Assembly (NCBI GenBank): GCA_965209055.1
Contig: OZ242374.1
Location: 4,448,001 to 4,512,000, forward strand
Origin: Acidobacteriota bacterium
GTDB taxonomy: Bacteria > Acidobacteriota > UBA6911 > RPQK01 > JAJDTT01
Length of the DNA: 64,000 nucleotides
Direction: 5' to 3'
The notes beneath the pieces were generated by a model. It was not told the origin of the DNA and made no database searches. It worked only from the letters and a program-made list of their open reading frames with translations. The translations under genes were made by a program, and so were the position numbers. Each line of letters starts with the position of its first letter. Position 1 is the first letter of the stretch. Positions 20,385-30,022 of this stretch are shown one piece after another.

Positions 20385-21386
20385 ATGACCGATATGGCTG
20401 CCTATCTGCGCCACCGCCTGCTCCAGGCGGCCCTCACGATCTGGGCCATCAGCATCATCTCATTCGTACTCATCGAGCTCCCGCCGGGGGATTTCGTCAC
20501 GGCCTACGTGGATCGCCGGGCCTCCCAGGGGATTCCCCTGCCCCCGGATGAGGTCCGGGTTCTGAGGGTCCGCTACGGCTTGGACCAACCGGCGGCGCAG
20601 CGCTATCTGATCTGGATGGGGCGGTTGCTCCGGGGCGATCTGGGCGTCTCCTGGATTCGGGGACAGCCGGTCTCGGAGATCATCTCCGATCGTCTCTGGC
20701 TCACCATGGCCGTGTCGCTGGCCGCCATCCTGTTCACCTGGGCGGTGGCTCTGCCGGTGGGAGTCTACTCGGCCATCCGCCAATACTCGGCGGGAGACTA
20801 CCTGTTCACCCTCCTCTGCTTCGCCGGCGTCGGGGTGCCCAACTTCCTGCTCGGCCTCCTGGTCATGTACCTGGGATTCGCCTGGTTCGATGCGGACGTG
20901 GGCGGGCTGCTCTCGGCCCAATACGTGGACGCTCCCTGGGACGCGGCCAAGCTCTGGGACCTGGTCAAACATCTGCCGCTGCCGGCCCTGGTCCTGGGAA
21001 TGGGGGGCACGGCCTACATGATTCGGATCCTGCGGGCCAATTTGCTGGATGAACTCTCCAAGCCGTACGTGCTCACGGCCAGGGCCAAGGGACTCTCCGA
21101 GATCCGGCTCCTCCTCAGATATCCCCTGCGCGTGGCCCTGAATCCGTTCGTCAGCACGGCCGGCTACCTGCTTCCCTACCTGGTGTCGGGCAGCATCATC
21201 GTCTCCATGGTCATGAGCCTTCCCACCGTGGCGCCGGTCCTGCTGTCGGCCCTCATGGACCAGGACCTCTATCTGGCCGGCACCCTGGTGCTCCTGCTGG
21301 GCGCCCTCACCGTGGCGGGAACCCTGATCTCCGATTTGCTCCTGCTCTGGATCGACCCCAGGATCCGGTTCCGGGGGAGGTCATGA
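20385..21386 (+). CDS. Dpp/Opp-type ABC transporter permease (DppB-like)
   Basis: LLRGDLGVS, EAA-type motif YVLTARAKGL and IDPRIR. Confidence 0.92.
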   Translation: MTDMAAYLRHRLLQAALTIWAISIISFVLIELPPGDFVTAYVDRRASQGIPLPPDEVRVLRVRYGLDQPAAQRYLIWMGRLLRGDLGVSWIRGQPVSEIISDRLWLTMAVSLAAILFTWAVALPVGVYSAIRQYSAGDYLFTLLCFAGVGVPNFLLGLLVMYLGFAWFDADVGGLLSAQYVDAPWDAAKLWDLVKHLPLPALVLGMGGTAYMIRILRANLLDELSKPYVLTARAKGLSEIRLLLRYPLRVALNPFVSTAGYLLPYLVSGSIIVSMVMSLPTVAPVLLSALMDQDLYLAGTLVLLLGALTVAGTLISDLLLLWIDPRIRFRGRS

Positions 21387-22495
21387 ATCGGGAGCCGGAG
21401 GAGTTCGGGGCCCAACTCGAAACCGCGTCCGCCTGGCAACTGACCTGGAGACGGTTCCGCCGTCACAAGCTGGGCGTGGTCGCCCTGATCTTCCTGGGAT
21501 TCCTGTACCTGGTGGTCCTCCTGGCCGACTTCCTGGCCACCGCCGATCCGAACCGAATCGACGCCGGCCGGGCCTACCGTCCTCCCCAGCCCATCCACCT
21601 CCGGGACGAAGGCGGATTCAACCCCCATGTCCACGCGGTGTCCGGGGAGTGGGACCACCGCATTTTTCGAAGGCTCCACCGCACCGATCCGGAACGGAGG
21701 TATCCAGTCCGGCTTCTGGTCAGAGGTTACGAGTACGAGTTTCTGGGACTGTTTCCCACCGATCTGCACCTCATGGGCGTGGAAGGTGACGCCCACGCCC
21801 TCTCGATACTGGGCACGGACGGACTGGGACGCGATCTCTACTCCCGCCTGGTCCACGGCACCCGGACCTCCCTGACCATCGGCCTTGTGGGGGTCGTCCT
21901 GAGCCTGGTTCTGGGAGTCGTGCTGGGGGGGATCTCCGGGTTCTACGGAGGAACGGTCGACACGGTCATTCAGCGGATCATCGAGATCCTGCTCTCCATC
22001 CCAACCATTCCCCTGTGGCTGGGACTGGCCGCCGCCATGCCCCGGGATTGGGGCGTGCTTCGAGTCTATTTCATCCTGACCATGATCCTGTCCCTCATCG
22101 GATGGACCCGCCTGGGCCGGGAAGTTCGCGGCCGATTCCTGGTCCTGCGCCGGGAAGACTACGTCCTGGCCGCCGAACTGATGGGCGCCGGCCGCGCCTC
22201 CATCATCGGGCGCCACCTGGTGCCCGCCATCGCCAGCCACGTCATCGCCACCGCCACCCTGGCCCTTCCGGCCATGATCATCGCCGAAACCTCGCTGAGC
22301 TTCCTGGGACTGGGACTGCGTCCGCCGGCCATCAGTTGGGGAATTCTGCTTCAGGGAGCCCAACAGGTGCAGGTCCTGGCGCTGAGACCCTGGCTGCTGG
22401 CTCCCGCAGTTCCCGTCGTCGCAGCCATTCTGGCCTTCAACTTCGCGGGCGACGGCCTGCGTGACGCCGCGGATCCCTACGCGAGGAGAACGTGA
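21383..22495 (+). CDS. Dpp/Opp-type ABC transporter permease (DppC-like)
   Basis: LGTDGLGRDLYSRL, ETSLSFLGLG and GDGLRDAADP. Confidence 0.93.
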   Translation: MNREPEEFGAQLETASAWQLTWRRFRRHKLGVVALIFLGFLYLVVLLADFLATADPNRIDAGRAYRPPQPIHLRDEGGFNPHVHAVSGEWDHRIFRRLHRTDPERRYPVRLLVRGYEYEFLGLFPTDLHLMGVEGDAHALSILGTDGLGRDLYSRLVHGTRTSLTIGLVGVVLSLVLGVVLGGISGFYGGTVDTVIQRIIEILLSIPTIPLWLGLAAAMPRDWGVLRVYFILTMILSLIGWTRLGREVRGRFLVLRREDYVLAAELMGAGRASIIGRHLVPAIASHVIATATLALPAMIIAETSLSFLGLGLRPPAISWGILLQGAQQVQVLALRPWLLAPAVPVVAAILAFNFAGDGLRDAADPYARRT

Positions 22496-23589
22496 CGCCC
22501 ATGTCTGAGGACTGGATCCTCTCGGTCAAGGACCTGAAGACCCACTTCTTTACCCGGGAAGGGGTCGTCCGTGCTGTGGACGGCGTCGGATTCGACCTGG
22601 CCCCCGGGCAGGTGTTGGGCATCGTGGGGGAAAGCGGCTGCGGCAAGAGCGTCACGGCCCTGTCCATCCTGGGCATCGTGGACCATCCGGGACGCATCGT
22701 GGAAGGCCGAATCCTGCTCCGTCCGGTCGAGGGGGGTCGTCCCGCGGATCTGGCAAGATTGCACCCCAGGGGACGCCGGATCCGATCGATCCGGGGCGGG
22801 GAGATCGCTCTCATCTTCCAGGAACCCATGACCTCGCTGAGTCCGGTGCACACCATCGGCCAGCAGATCTCGGAGACCATTCGGCTGCACCACCGGGTGG
22901 ACCGGCGGCGGTCCCGGGAACAGGCGGTGGAGATCCTGCGCTCGGTGGGCATGCCCGATCCCGAGGAGGGGACGAAGCTGTATCCCTTCCAGCTCAGCGG
23001 CGGACTGCGCCAGCGAGCCCTGATCGCCCAAGCCCTGGCGGGCGAACCCCGGGTCCTCATCGCCGACGAACCCACCACGGCCCTGGATGTGACCACTCAG
23101 GCCCAGATCCTGGACTTGCTGCGGGATCTCCAGAAGAAGAGAGGGATGGCCATCGTTCTCATCACCCACGACCTTGGGGTGATTGCGGAGATGGCCGACG
23201 AGGTCCTTGTGATGTACCTGGGAAAAGGGGTGGAGAGAGCACCCGTCGATAGCATCTTCCACTCGCCCGGACATCCTTATACCCGCGCCCTACTGAACTC
23301 CATGCCCGGTCTGGGCGCCGCCGCGAAGCAGGCGCTTCCCAGCATCTCCGGTGCCGTGCCGCCCGCTTTCCGGCGGCCCGCCGGGTGTTCGTTCCACCCT
23401 CGCTGCCCGGAATTCCTGGACGGGACCTGCAATCGAAGGGAACCGCAACCGGTGATGGTGAGCCCGGACCAAGAGGTGTTGTGCTTGCTCCGTGAGCCGG
23501 AAAAGCCGTCCCAAACGCGGCAAGATCGTCCGAAAACGGACACTTCGTCCCGAAAACGGACACTTCGACCCGATCGAAAAGGAGAGTAG
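22492..23589 (+). CDS. Oligopeptide ABC transporter ATP-binding protein (DppD-like)
   Basis: GESGCGKS, LSGG, ADEPTTALD, HPYT and GCSFHPRC. Confidence 0.93.
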   Translation: MTPMSEDWILSVKDLKTHFFTREGVVRAVDGVGFDLAPGQVLGIVGESGCGKSVTALSILGIVDHPGRIVEGRILLRPVEGGRPADLARLHPRGRRIRSIRGGEIALIFQEPMTSLSPVHTIGQQISETIRLHHRVDRRRSREQAVEILRSVGMPDPEEGTKLYPFQLSGGLRQRALIAQALAGEPRVLIADEPTTALDVTTQAQILDLLRDLQKKRGMAIVLITHDLGVIAEMADEVLVMYLGKGVERAPVDSIFHSPGHPYTRALLNSMPGLGAAAKQALPSISGAVPPAFRRPAGCSFHPRCPEFLDGTCNRREPQPVMVSPDQEVLCLLREPEKPSQTRQDRPKTDTSSRKRTLRPDRKGE

Positions 23590-23592
23590 AGA

Positions 23593-24624
23593 TTGAGACC
23601 CGGGATCCTCCTCGACGTCAGGAACCTGACCAAGCACTTCCCGGTCCGTTCCGGGCCCTTCCAGCGGCCGGACGGCACGGTTCAGGCCGTCACCGATGTC
23701 AGTTTCCAACTGAGCGAGGGGGAATCGCTGTCGCTGGTGGGAGAGTCCGGCTGCGGCAAGACCACGCTGGCCCGGACTCTCCTCCGGGGATACGAGGCGA
23801 CCGCCGGATCGGCCCGGTTCCGAACCGAAGAGGATCAAGTCGTCGATCTGCTGAAGCTGCCCCGCCGCCGGCTCAAACCCTTGCGGCGGCAACTGCAGAT
23901 GATCTTCCAGGACCCCTACTCCTCCCTGAATCCCAGGATGACGGTTCAGCAGATCATCGGCGAACCATTGTGCATTCACGCCGGAGAGCTGGGAATCCCC
24001 ACCCGGGCGGCCCGACGGGAACGGGTCCGCGAGCTGTTGTTGCAGGTGGGGCTGCGGCCCGAGGCGGCCCGGCGCTACCCCCACGCCTTCAGCGGAGGGG
24101 AGAGGCAGCGGATCGGCATCGCGCGAACTCTGGCCACCCGGCCCCGGTTGGTGGTGGCGGACGAACCGGTCTCGGCCCTGGACGTCTCCGTCCAGGCCCA
24201 GATCCTCAACCTGATGTTGGAACTGCAAAACCGGTACCGGATCGGCACGCTGCTCCTCACTCACAACCTGATGGTGGTCCGTCACGTCAGCGACCGGGTC
24301 GCCGTCATGTACCTGGGGAGGATCATGGAGACGGCGCCCACCGGGACTCTCTTCACGAGTCCCGGACACCCATATACGGCGGCCCTTCTCGATGCGATCC
24401 CCCGGCCCGATCCCCGGGTCCGGAACCGGTCCAGGATCAAACTGAGCGGCGAAGTTCCCAGCCCCCGGAACCCACCCTCCGGATGCCCCTTCCATCCCCG
24501 CTGCGTCCACGCCCGGGATCGATGCGGCAACGACCTGCCGGAGTTGGAGCAAATCGCCCCCGGGCACCAGGTCCGATGCCACCTCTGGCGGGAGTTGGAC
24601 TTGAATGGAGCGACGAATTGCTGA
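23593..24624 (+). CDS. Oligopeptide ABC transporter ATP-binding protein (DppF-like)
   Basis: GESGCGKT, FSGGERQR, DEPVSALD and GCPFHPRC. Confidence 0.93.
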   Translation: MRPGILLDVRNLTKHFPVRSGPFQRPDGTVQAVTDVSFQLSEGESLSLVGESGCGKTTLARTLLRGYEATAGSARFRTEEDQVVDLLKLPRRRLKPLRRQLQMIFQDPYSSLNPRMTVQQIIGEPLCIHAGELGIPTRAARRERVRELLLQVGLRPEAARRYPHAFSGGERQRIGIARTLATRPRLVVADEPVSALDVSVQAQILNLMLELQNRYRIGTLLLTHNLMVVRHVSDRVAVMYLGRIMETAPTGTLFTSPGHPYTAALLDAIPRPDPRVRNRSRIKLSGEVPSPRNPPSGCPFHPRCVHARDRCGNDLPELEQIAPGHQVRCHLWRELDLNGATNC

Positions 24625-24752
24625 TCGTCATGGAGCGGCGGATTCCAGCCGCCGAACTTCAATGGAGCAATACCCAGAGAGGGAACCGGCGATGGACCCA
24701 CTTTCCAACCTGAGATTTGGAGCTTGAGATTTGGAGAGCCCAGGAAACTTTA

Positions 24753-24829
<77 letters not shown>

Positions 24830-24908
24830 ACCCGACAGACAGACGGAGTGTAGCAGAACCACCCTGGATATGAGAGCGAAACGGCCACGAAAGCAGGAGA
24901 ATCGGAGA

Positions 24909-24983
24909 CGTCCCCAACGGGATTTGAACCCGTGTTGCCGCCTTGAAAGGGCGGTGTCCTAGGCCAGGCTAGACGATGGGGAC
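24909..24983 (-). tRNA. tRNA-Glu (TTC), CCA not encoded
   Basis: Reverse complement GTCCCCATCGTCTAGCCTGGCCTAGGACACCGCCCTTTCAAGGCGGCAACACGGGTTCAAATCCCGTTGGGGACG. Confidence 0.96.
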
Positions 24984-25170
24984 GTCAGATATGAAGCGCG
25001 CATTCTAGCAGCCGCTCCCGACGGCTGTCCACCGGCCGGTCAGACCGGCCAGCCAGATCGTACGTGCTGAGAAAACCGGAACAAAACCTTGAGGTTGTCC
25101 TCTAGCCGGACCATGGGTGTGGCAAAAAAATTCCGCAATTTCCCCTTTGAGCGAACGTGTGAGTCACGAC

Positions 25171-25863
25171 ATGCACCATCGTTGGAAGCCGATAGAAGAC
25201 TATGAAACCCACGCGGATCTGGCTACAGCCGAACTCGGTGCATTGGCCCAAGTCAGGCGCGAGCAATTCGAGCGGCTGCGCAGTCAGGACTCATACCGCC
25301 GGTTCGAAGCACGATAGAAGCGCGAATGGGCCATCGAGACCGGGTTGATCGAGCGCCTTTACACGCTCGACCGCGGCATCACCCAAGTGCTCATCGAACG
25401 TGGGATCCACGCGGCATTGATTCCGCACGAAAGCGGGGCCAATCCTGACGCCATTGCGGCGATGATCAGAGATCACGAGGCAGCAATCGATGGCGTATTC
25501 GACTTCGTGAAGGGCACCCGCCCACGGTCCACAAGCTACATCAAGGAGCTGCACGCCCTGATGACTCGGCATCAGGCAACCGTGGATGGCATCGACTCCC
25601 TGGGCAGAAAGACATCGGTTCCGCTCATTCGCGGCGCCTGCGAGCGCCTGCCCAACAATCCGTTGCGGCCGGACGGCACGATCCATGTGTACTGCCCTCC
25701 GGAACAGGTCGATTCGGAAATCGGGCCGGTCACGGCCGTGACGGACAGCGTCTTCCTGATCAACTACAAGGAACGTCCAGATGAGGCCGCGGCCCGGTTC
25801 TCTACCTGGCTGGAAGACGCTATCGTACGCAGTCTAAAGCTGTGGCAGGAGACAGCACCGTAG
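25171..25863 (+). pseudogene. Fic family protein pseudogene
   Basis: ORFs 25117-25317 and 25345-25863 are in the same frame, separated by TAG 25315-25317 (...RFEAR*KREWAIETGLIERLY). The sequence jumps from YCPPEQVDSE to a C-terminal segment, so the HPFxDGNGR motif is missing. Confidence 0.75.
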
Positions 25864-25912
25864 CGCCGGCGAGCCGTCGGCGATCACCGCCTGTGTCCGC
25901 CGTCATTGGGCG

Positions 25913-26095
25913 TCACTCCATTTGCTTGTCGACCAGCGGCGCGCCGCATTGGCGGCAATGCCACCGGCGCCGGGCGTTGAGAATGCCGCACTCCGGGCAG
26001 CGCCGGTACATGACGCGGGCGAACAGTTGAGTCAGAAGCGCGCACCCGACCAGGATCCCCACCACCACCAACACGCTCAGAATCGTCGCGGCCAT
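25913..26095 (-). CDS. Small membrane protein with C-terminal zinc ribbon
   Basis: TM helix followed by CPEC-x10-CRQC. Starts 5 bp downstream of the CbiX-like gene. Confidence 0.7.
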   Translation of the reverse strand: MAATILSVLVVVGILVGCALLTQLFARVMYRRCPECGILNARRRWHCRQCGAPLVDKQME

Positions 26096-26100
26096 GGCGG

Positions 26101-27099
26101 TTACCGGAAGGAAGAGGCCGCCCGTGCCGCGGCGGAATCGGAACAACAGAAGCTGGCGGAGTGAATCGAAGGAAACGGACTGTCCCATCCCGCCCGCGAA
26201 AAGCAGTCTTGAGCCTGCTCCCGCAGCCACCGGGTGACGTTCGGATGAGGGAGCAGCCCCATTCTGTCGGCGCTGTAGTCCAATCCCTCCAAAACCTCAT
26301 CGTAGGGTCCGAATCCGAATACCCGGAACGGGACGACCAATACCCTTCCCTGCCGGCTCTGTTTCGACACGAAACCCCGGATCCGCTCCTCGGCCACCCT
26401 GCGCTTGTCTTCCCAGTCTTCTCTCAGGGTCTCGACGCGAATCTCCCGAAACGTGCCCAGGGCCTTCAGTCCCTGGGTCAGGCTCTCCATCCGGTCCTTC
26501 CAGTACCGGTCACGGGCATCGGACCCGACACCGTGTCCGATGACGAGCACCGATTCGGCCGCCGGAGATTCGCTCAATGCCCGGACGCGGTCCAACAGCA
26601 CATCCCCGGTGAGACGGGAGTCCAGCAGGCCCGCTGCGCTCAAGATGACTTGGGACTCCAGCTCGAGGGGAGGCGGAATCTCCGATCCCCTCAACAGCCG
26701 GACCGCATCGCGGATCATCATATTGGGATGGTGATGATGATCATGGTGCAGAAAAAAGGGGGGCGGCTGATCGCTCACACCCAGCAGATACTCAGTCTGC
26801 GACAGAAAGGACCGGCCGTCCATGAAGAGCCGGACTACGGCGATCTTCCGAACACCTTGCTCTTCAAGCTGCAGGATGCCCTCCCGCAAGGGCTCCCGTT
26901 GCGCCATTCCATAGGCCACCACCACCGGACAGGCCTTCTCCAGCGGCGCCACGGCCTCCTTGACGGCCCGGTTCCACTGCTCGTCGCCGCCGTGAGCCAT
27001 GATCAGCAGGCCGGAGTCACGGGCGCCGCCTGCCGGACCCTGCGACCAGACGGCACCAACTCCCATCAGCAGAACGCCAATCCACACCCATCGCCTCAT
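26101..27099 (-). CDS. Secreted CbiX/SirB-like chelatase-fold protein with His-rich insert
   Basis: Signal peptide MRRWVWIGVLLMGVGAVWS. LLIMAHGG and VLVIGHG half-domains, with HHDHHHH between them. Confidence 0.8.
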   Translation of the reverse strand: MRRWVWIGVLLMGVGAVWSQGPAGGARDSGLLIMAHGGDEQWNRAVKEAVAPLEKACPVVVAYGMAQREPLREGILQLEEQGVRKIAVVRLFMDGRSFLSQTEYLLGVSDQPPPFFLHHDHHHHPNMMIRDAVRLLRGSEIPPPLELESQVILSAAGLLDSRLTGDVLLDRVRALSESPAAESVLVIGHGVGSDARDRYWKDRMESLTQGLKALGTFREIRVETLREDWEDKRRVAEERIRGFVSKQSRQGRVLVVPFRVFGFGPYDEVLEGLDYSADRMGLLPHPNVTRWLREQAQDCFSRAGWDSPFPSIHSASFCCSDSAAARAASSFR

Positions 27100-27272
27100 G
27101 GCCACACCCATCGTCCGCTCGAACTCCCTGCCGGTTGCGTTTCCGACCGGCAGCGCACTCTTCGAACCGTTTCGATTCCTGTTTTTCGCCGGGGCGCCAT
27201 GATGGAACAGAACCCGTCCGAGATCAACACTCGTGTACGTATTGGGGCACGATCTGCCGACCGCTGACTTCA

Positions 27273-27302
27273 TTGCCTGATATCAGGCTTCCTTGCTATA
27301 GT
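27273..27302 (+). promoter_or_regulatory. Putative sigma70 promoter of the ferredoxin gene with a 14-bp palindrome overlapping the -35 box and spacer
   Basis: TTGCCT (27273-27278), 18-bp spacer, TATAGT (27297-27302) with extended TG. Perfect palindrome gcctgatatcaggc at 27275-27288. Confidence 0.55.
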
Positions 27303-27338
27303 GGCGCCCTCAACGGGTCCAGCAGAAGGAGCACGAGA

Positions 27339-27704
27339 ATGACCTACATTGTGACCGAACGATGCGTCGACAACCGCTACACCGACTGTGTCGCCGACTG
27401 TCCAGTCGACTGCTTTTACGAGATCGAAGATCCGCACATGCTGATCATCAATCCGGACGAGTGTATCGACTGCGACGCCTGCGTCTCGTTGTGCCCGGTC
27501 AACGCCATCTACCCCGAGTCCGAGGTGCCGGAAGAGTACGACGAGTGGATCGACATGAACGACCCGGAACTCTGCACCGACGACAATCGGATTACCGACA
27601 CGGACGCGCCGCTGGACACGGCCATCACCATCGAAGAGGTGAAGAAAAGGGAGGAAGAGGATTTCGGCGAGGCACTGGAGGATCCATCCAGCGCCGCACA
27701 CTGA
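27339..27704 (+). CDS. Ferredoxin (7Fe FdxA-like) with acidic C-terminal extension
   Basis: MTYIVTERC..YTDCVADCPVDCF..INPDECIDCDACVSLCPVNAI. AAGGAG RBS. Confidence 0.92.
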   Translation: MTYIVTERCVDNRYTDCVADCPVDCFYEIEDPHMLIINPDECIDCDACVSLCPVNAIYPESEVPEEYDEWIDMNDPELCTDDNRITDTDAPLDTAITIEEVKKREEEDFGEALEDPSSAAH

Positions 27705-28073
27705 ATGCTTCCCCGGTCTGTTCGAGGGTCGATCCCGGCTTCCCGGACCGCCCGTTGTCCGAGGTCCCCCGGGATTGGCAGGAGGTCATTCGAAGAATTT
27801 CGGGAGCCGGTAAACAACCGCCCGCGCTCCCGGCCCCAAGTCGAATCCATTCCAGGCTCCGCGCGGCCGCAGGCCGAACTTCGCGGCGTCCGGCTCCGAG
27901 GCGGCAGTCGTATTGCCCCCCCTCTCCGCCATTCGAATTTCCTTTTGACCCCGCGGGACCCCAATCCCATCCCTGCGTCAGGTCCAATCTCGTCCGGAGG
28001 TGCAACGCTGAGGTCCGGTCGTAGTAGACTGGCCGGAAGGAGCGCGAACCGGCTGACAGGAGACAACTAAGCG

Positions 28074-28877
28074 ATGAAACGGAACAAGCTGAGAGAGGCT
28101 CTGAAGGCCGGAAGGCCCACGGTCGGGACCCACATCCACAGTTCCTGGCCGTCGGTGGTGGAGATCATCGGCCATACGGGAGTCTTCGACTACATCGAAT
28201 TCGTTGCGGAGTACGCTCCATTCGACCTCTTCTCCCTGGAAAACGTGTGCCGGGCGGCGGAGTTGCTGGGGCTTTCCTCCATGATCAAGCTGGACCAGGA
28301 ACCCCGGCGTTTTCTGGCTCAACGGTCCATCGGCGCCGGATTCGACAGTGTACTGTTCGCCGACTGCCGGAATCCGGATGACGTGCGGGAGTGCATCCGC
28401 GCGGTCAAGCCGGAAACTCCCGACGCCGGCGGCTACCACGGCGTCGGCGTGCGCCGGAGCAGCTACGTGCATGGTTCCGGACAATCGGATTACCCTCAGC
28501 AGTTGGACGACGTGGTGATCGCGTTCATGATCGAAAAGCGCACCGCGGTCGATGCTCTCGACGAGATCCTTGCCCTGGGAGGGGTGGACATGGTCCAGTG
28601 GGGTCCCGCCGACTACGCTCTGAGCATCGGCCGCCCCGGCGAGTTTCATGCGCCCGACGTCCGGGAAACGGAGCGGAGGGTGATCGCCACCTGCCTGGAA
28701 GCAGGGGTTCCGCCCCGTGCGGAGATCGAGAGCGTGGACCGGGCCAAGTACTACCTGGATCTGGGCGTTCGCCACTTCTGCATGGGGACCGACGTCATGA
28801 TTCTGTATCAGTTTCTGAGAGACCAGGGAGAGAAGCTCCAGGACGAGCTGGGCGAGATACTCGGGAAAGCGCCGTAA
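28074..28877 (+). CDS. HpcH/HpaI aldolase family protein
   Basis: FDYIEFVAEY, FMIEK and WGPADYALSIG. AGGAG RBS. Confidence 0.88.
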   Translation: MKRNKLREALKAGRPTVGTHIHSSWPSVVEIIGHTGVFDYIEFVAEYAPFDLFSLENVCRAAELLGLSSMIKLDQEPRRFLAQRSIGAGFDSVLFADCRNPDDVRECIRAVKPETPDAGGYHGVGVRRSSYVHGSGQSDYPQQLDDVVIAFMIEKRTAVDALDEILALGGVDMVQWGPADYALSIGRPGEFHAPDVRETERRVIATCLEAGVPPRAEIESVDRAKYYLDLGVRHFCMGTDVMILYQFLRDQGEKLQDELGEILGKAP

Positions 28878-28945
28878 CCTCCCGGCGACGGCGCATCCGG
28901 ACGCGTGGTGATAGGCTGGCCGTTACAGACACACGGGAGGAGACA

Positions 28946-30022
28946 ATGCATCGATCCACATCCGTAACTCCAAGTCGCCGGTACTCTTGGGCCCTGACCA
29001 TCATTCTCCTCGCCGGACTGTGGGGCTGCGCCCCGGCCCCGCCGCCCCCCGCAGAGGAACCGGCCCCGCAGTGGCCCGAGTTGGCGGGCTACGAGTCCAT
29101 GGCCATCCCCGAGGACAACGCCATGACGGTGGCCAAGATCGAATTGGGGAAACAGCTCTACTACGACCCCCGGCTCAGCGGAGACGGCGTTCGGTCATGC
29201 TACGGCTGCCACCTGAAGGAAAATGGCCTGACCGACGGCAAGCCCGTCGCCATCGGGGCTTTCGACAAGACCCTGACCCGGTCCAGTCCGACTCTGTGGA
29301 ACATCGGATACCACTCCGAGCTCTACTGGGACGGACGCACCAAGGGGTTGGAAGCCCAGGTGAAGGGCGCCTGGCGCGGTGGCAACATGGGCGCCTCGGG
29401 CAAGGACGGCGCCCCCAGCATGGACGACGTCTGCGCCAAGCTGAACGAGATCCCCGGCTACAAGGAGCAGTTCCAGGCAATCTTCGGCGGCGAAGCCAAC
29501 CCCGACCGCGTCGCCCAGGCCGTGGCCTCGTTCATGCGGACCATCGTCGCCGTGGGCTCTCCCTGGGTCCGTTTCCGGGAAGGCGACGAGTCGGCGCTGA
29601 GTGAAGCGGCGCGGCGCGGATACACCATTTTCAGCGAAAAGGCCAAGTGCACCAACTGCCACGACGGCCTGCTCCTGACCGACCTCCAGTATCACAACGT
29701 GGGCATCGGCATGGACGCCGAGTCGCCTGACATCGGCCGCGCCAAGGTCTCCGGAGACGAGCAAGACACGGGCGCCTTCAAGACACCCACCTTGCTTGAC
29801 ATCGCTGAATCGGCGCCGTACTTCCACGACGGGAGCGCGGCCACCCTGGAAGAGGCCGTGGACGTGATGCTGGGCGGCGGCAAGCCGAACCAGTGGCTGG
29901 ACGAGGAGAACCTCCGGGATGCCAAGGAAGCTGAGTTGACCGAAGAGGAAGTGGCCGACCTCCTGGCCTTCCTGCGAGAGCTCGACGTCAACTACGACGT
30001 CAACCCGCCGGAGCTGCCTTGA
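28946..30022 (+). CDS. Di-haem cytochrome c peroxidase (CCP/MauG family) lipoprotein
   Basis: Lipobox LWGC, two CxxCH motifs (CYGCH, CTNCH), YWDGR, FKTPTL and APYFHDG. Confidence 0.92.
   Translation: MHRSTSVTPSRRYSWALTIILLAGLWGCAPAPPPPAEEPAPQWPELAGYESMAIPEDNAMTVAKIELGKQLYYDPRLSGDGVRSCYGCHLKENGLTDGKPVAIGAFDKTLTRSSPTLWNIGYHSELYWDGRTKGLEAQVKGAWRGGNMGASGKDGAPSMDDVCAKLNEIPGYKEQFQAIFGGEANPDRVAQAVASFMRTIVAVGSPWVRFREGDESALSEAARRGYTIFSEKAKCTNCHDGLLLTDLQYHNVGIGMDAESPDIGRAKVSGDEQDTGAFKTPTLLDIAESAPYFHDGSAATLEEAVDVMLGGGKPNQWLDEENLRDAKEAELTEEEVADLLAFLRELDVNYDVNPPELP

Noticed and set aside
24711-24736. tgagatttggag repeated twice downstream of tRNA-Arg
   Set aside because: A short low-copy tandem repeat. 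No duplicated tRNA 3' end was found that would mark an island.
25315-25317. Amber readthrough or pyrrolysine in the Fic gene
   Set aside because: The catalytic motif is also deleted, and TAG is used as a normal stop throughout the window.
27705-28073. 370-bp intergenic gap as a possible ncRNA or riboswitch
   Set aside because: No recognisable motif, strong stem or second copy was seen.
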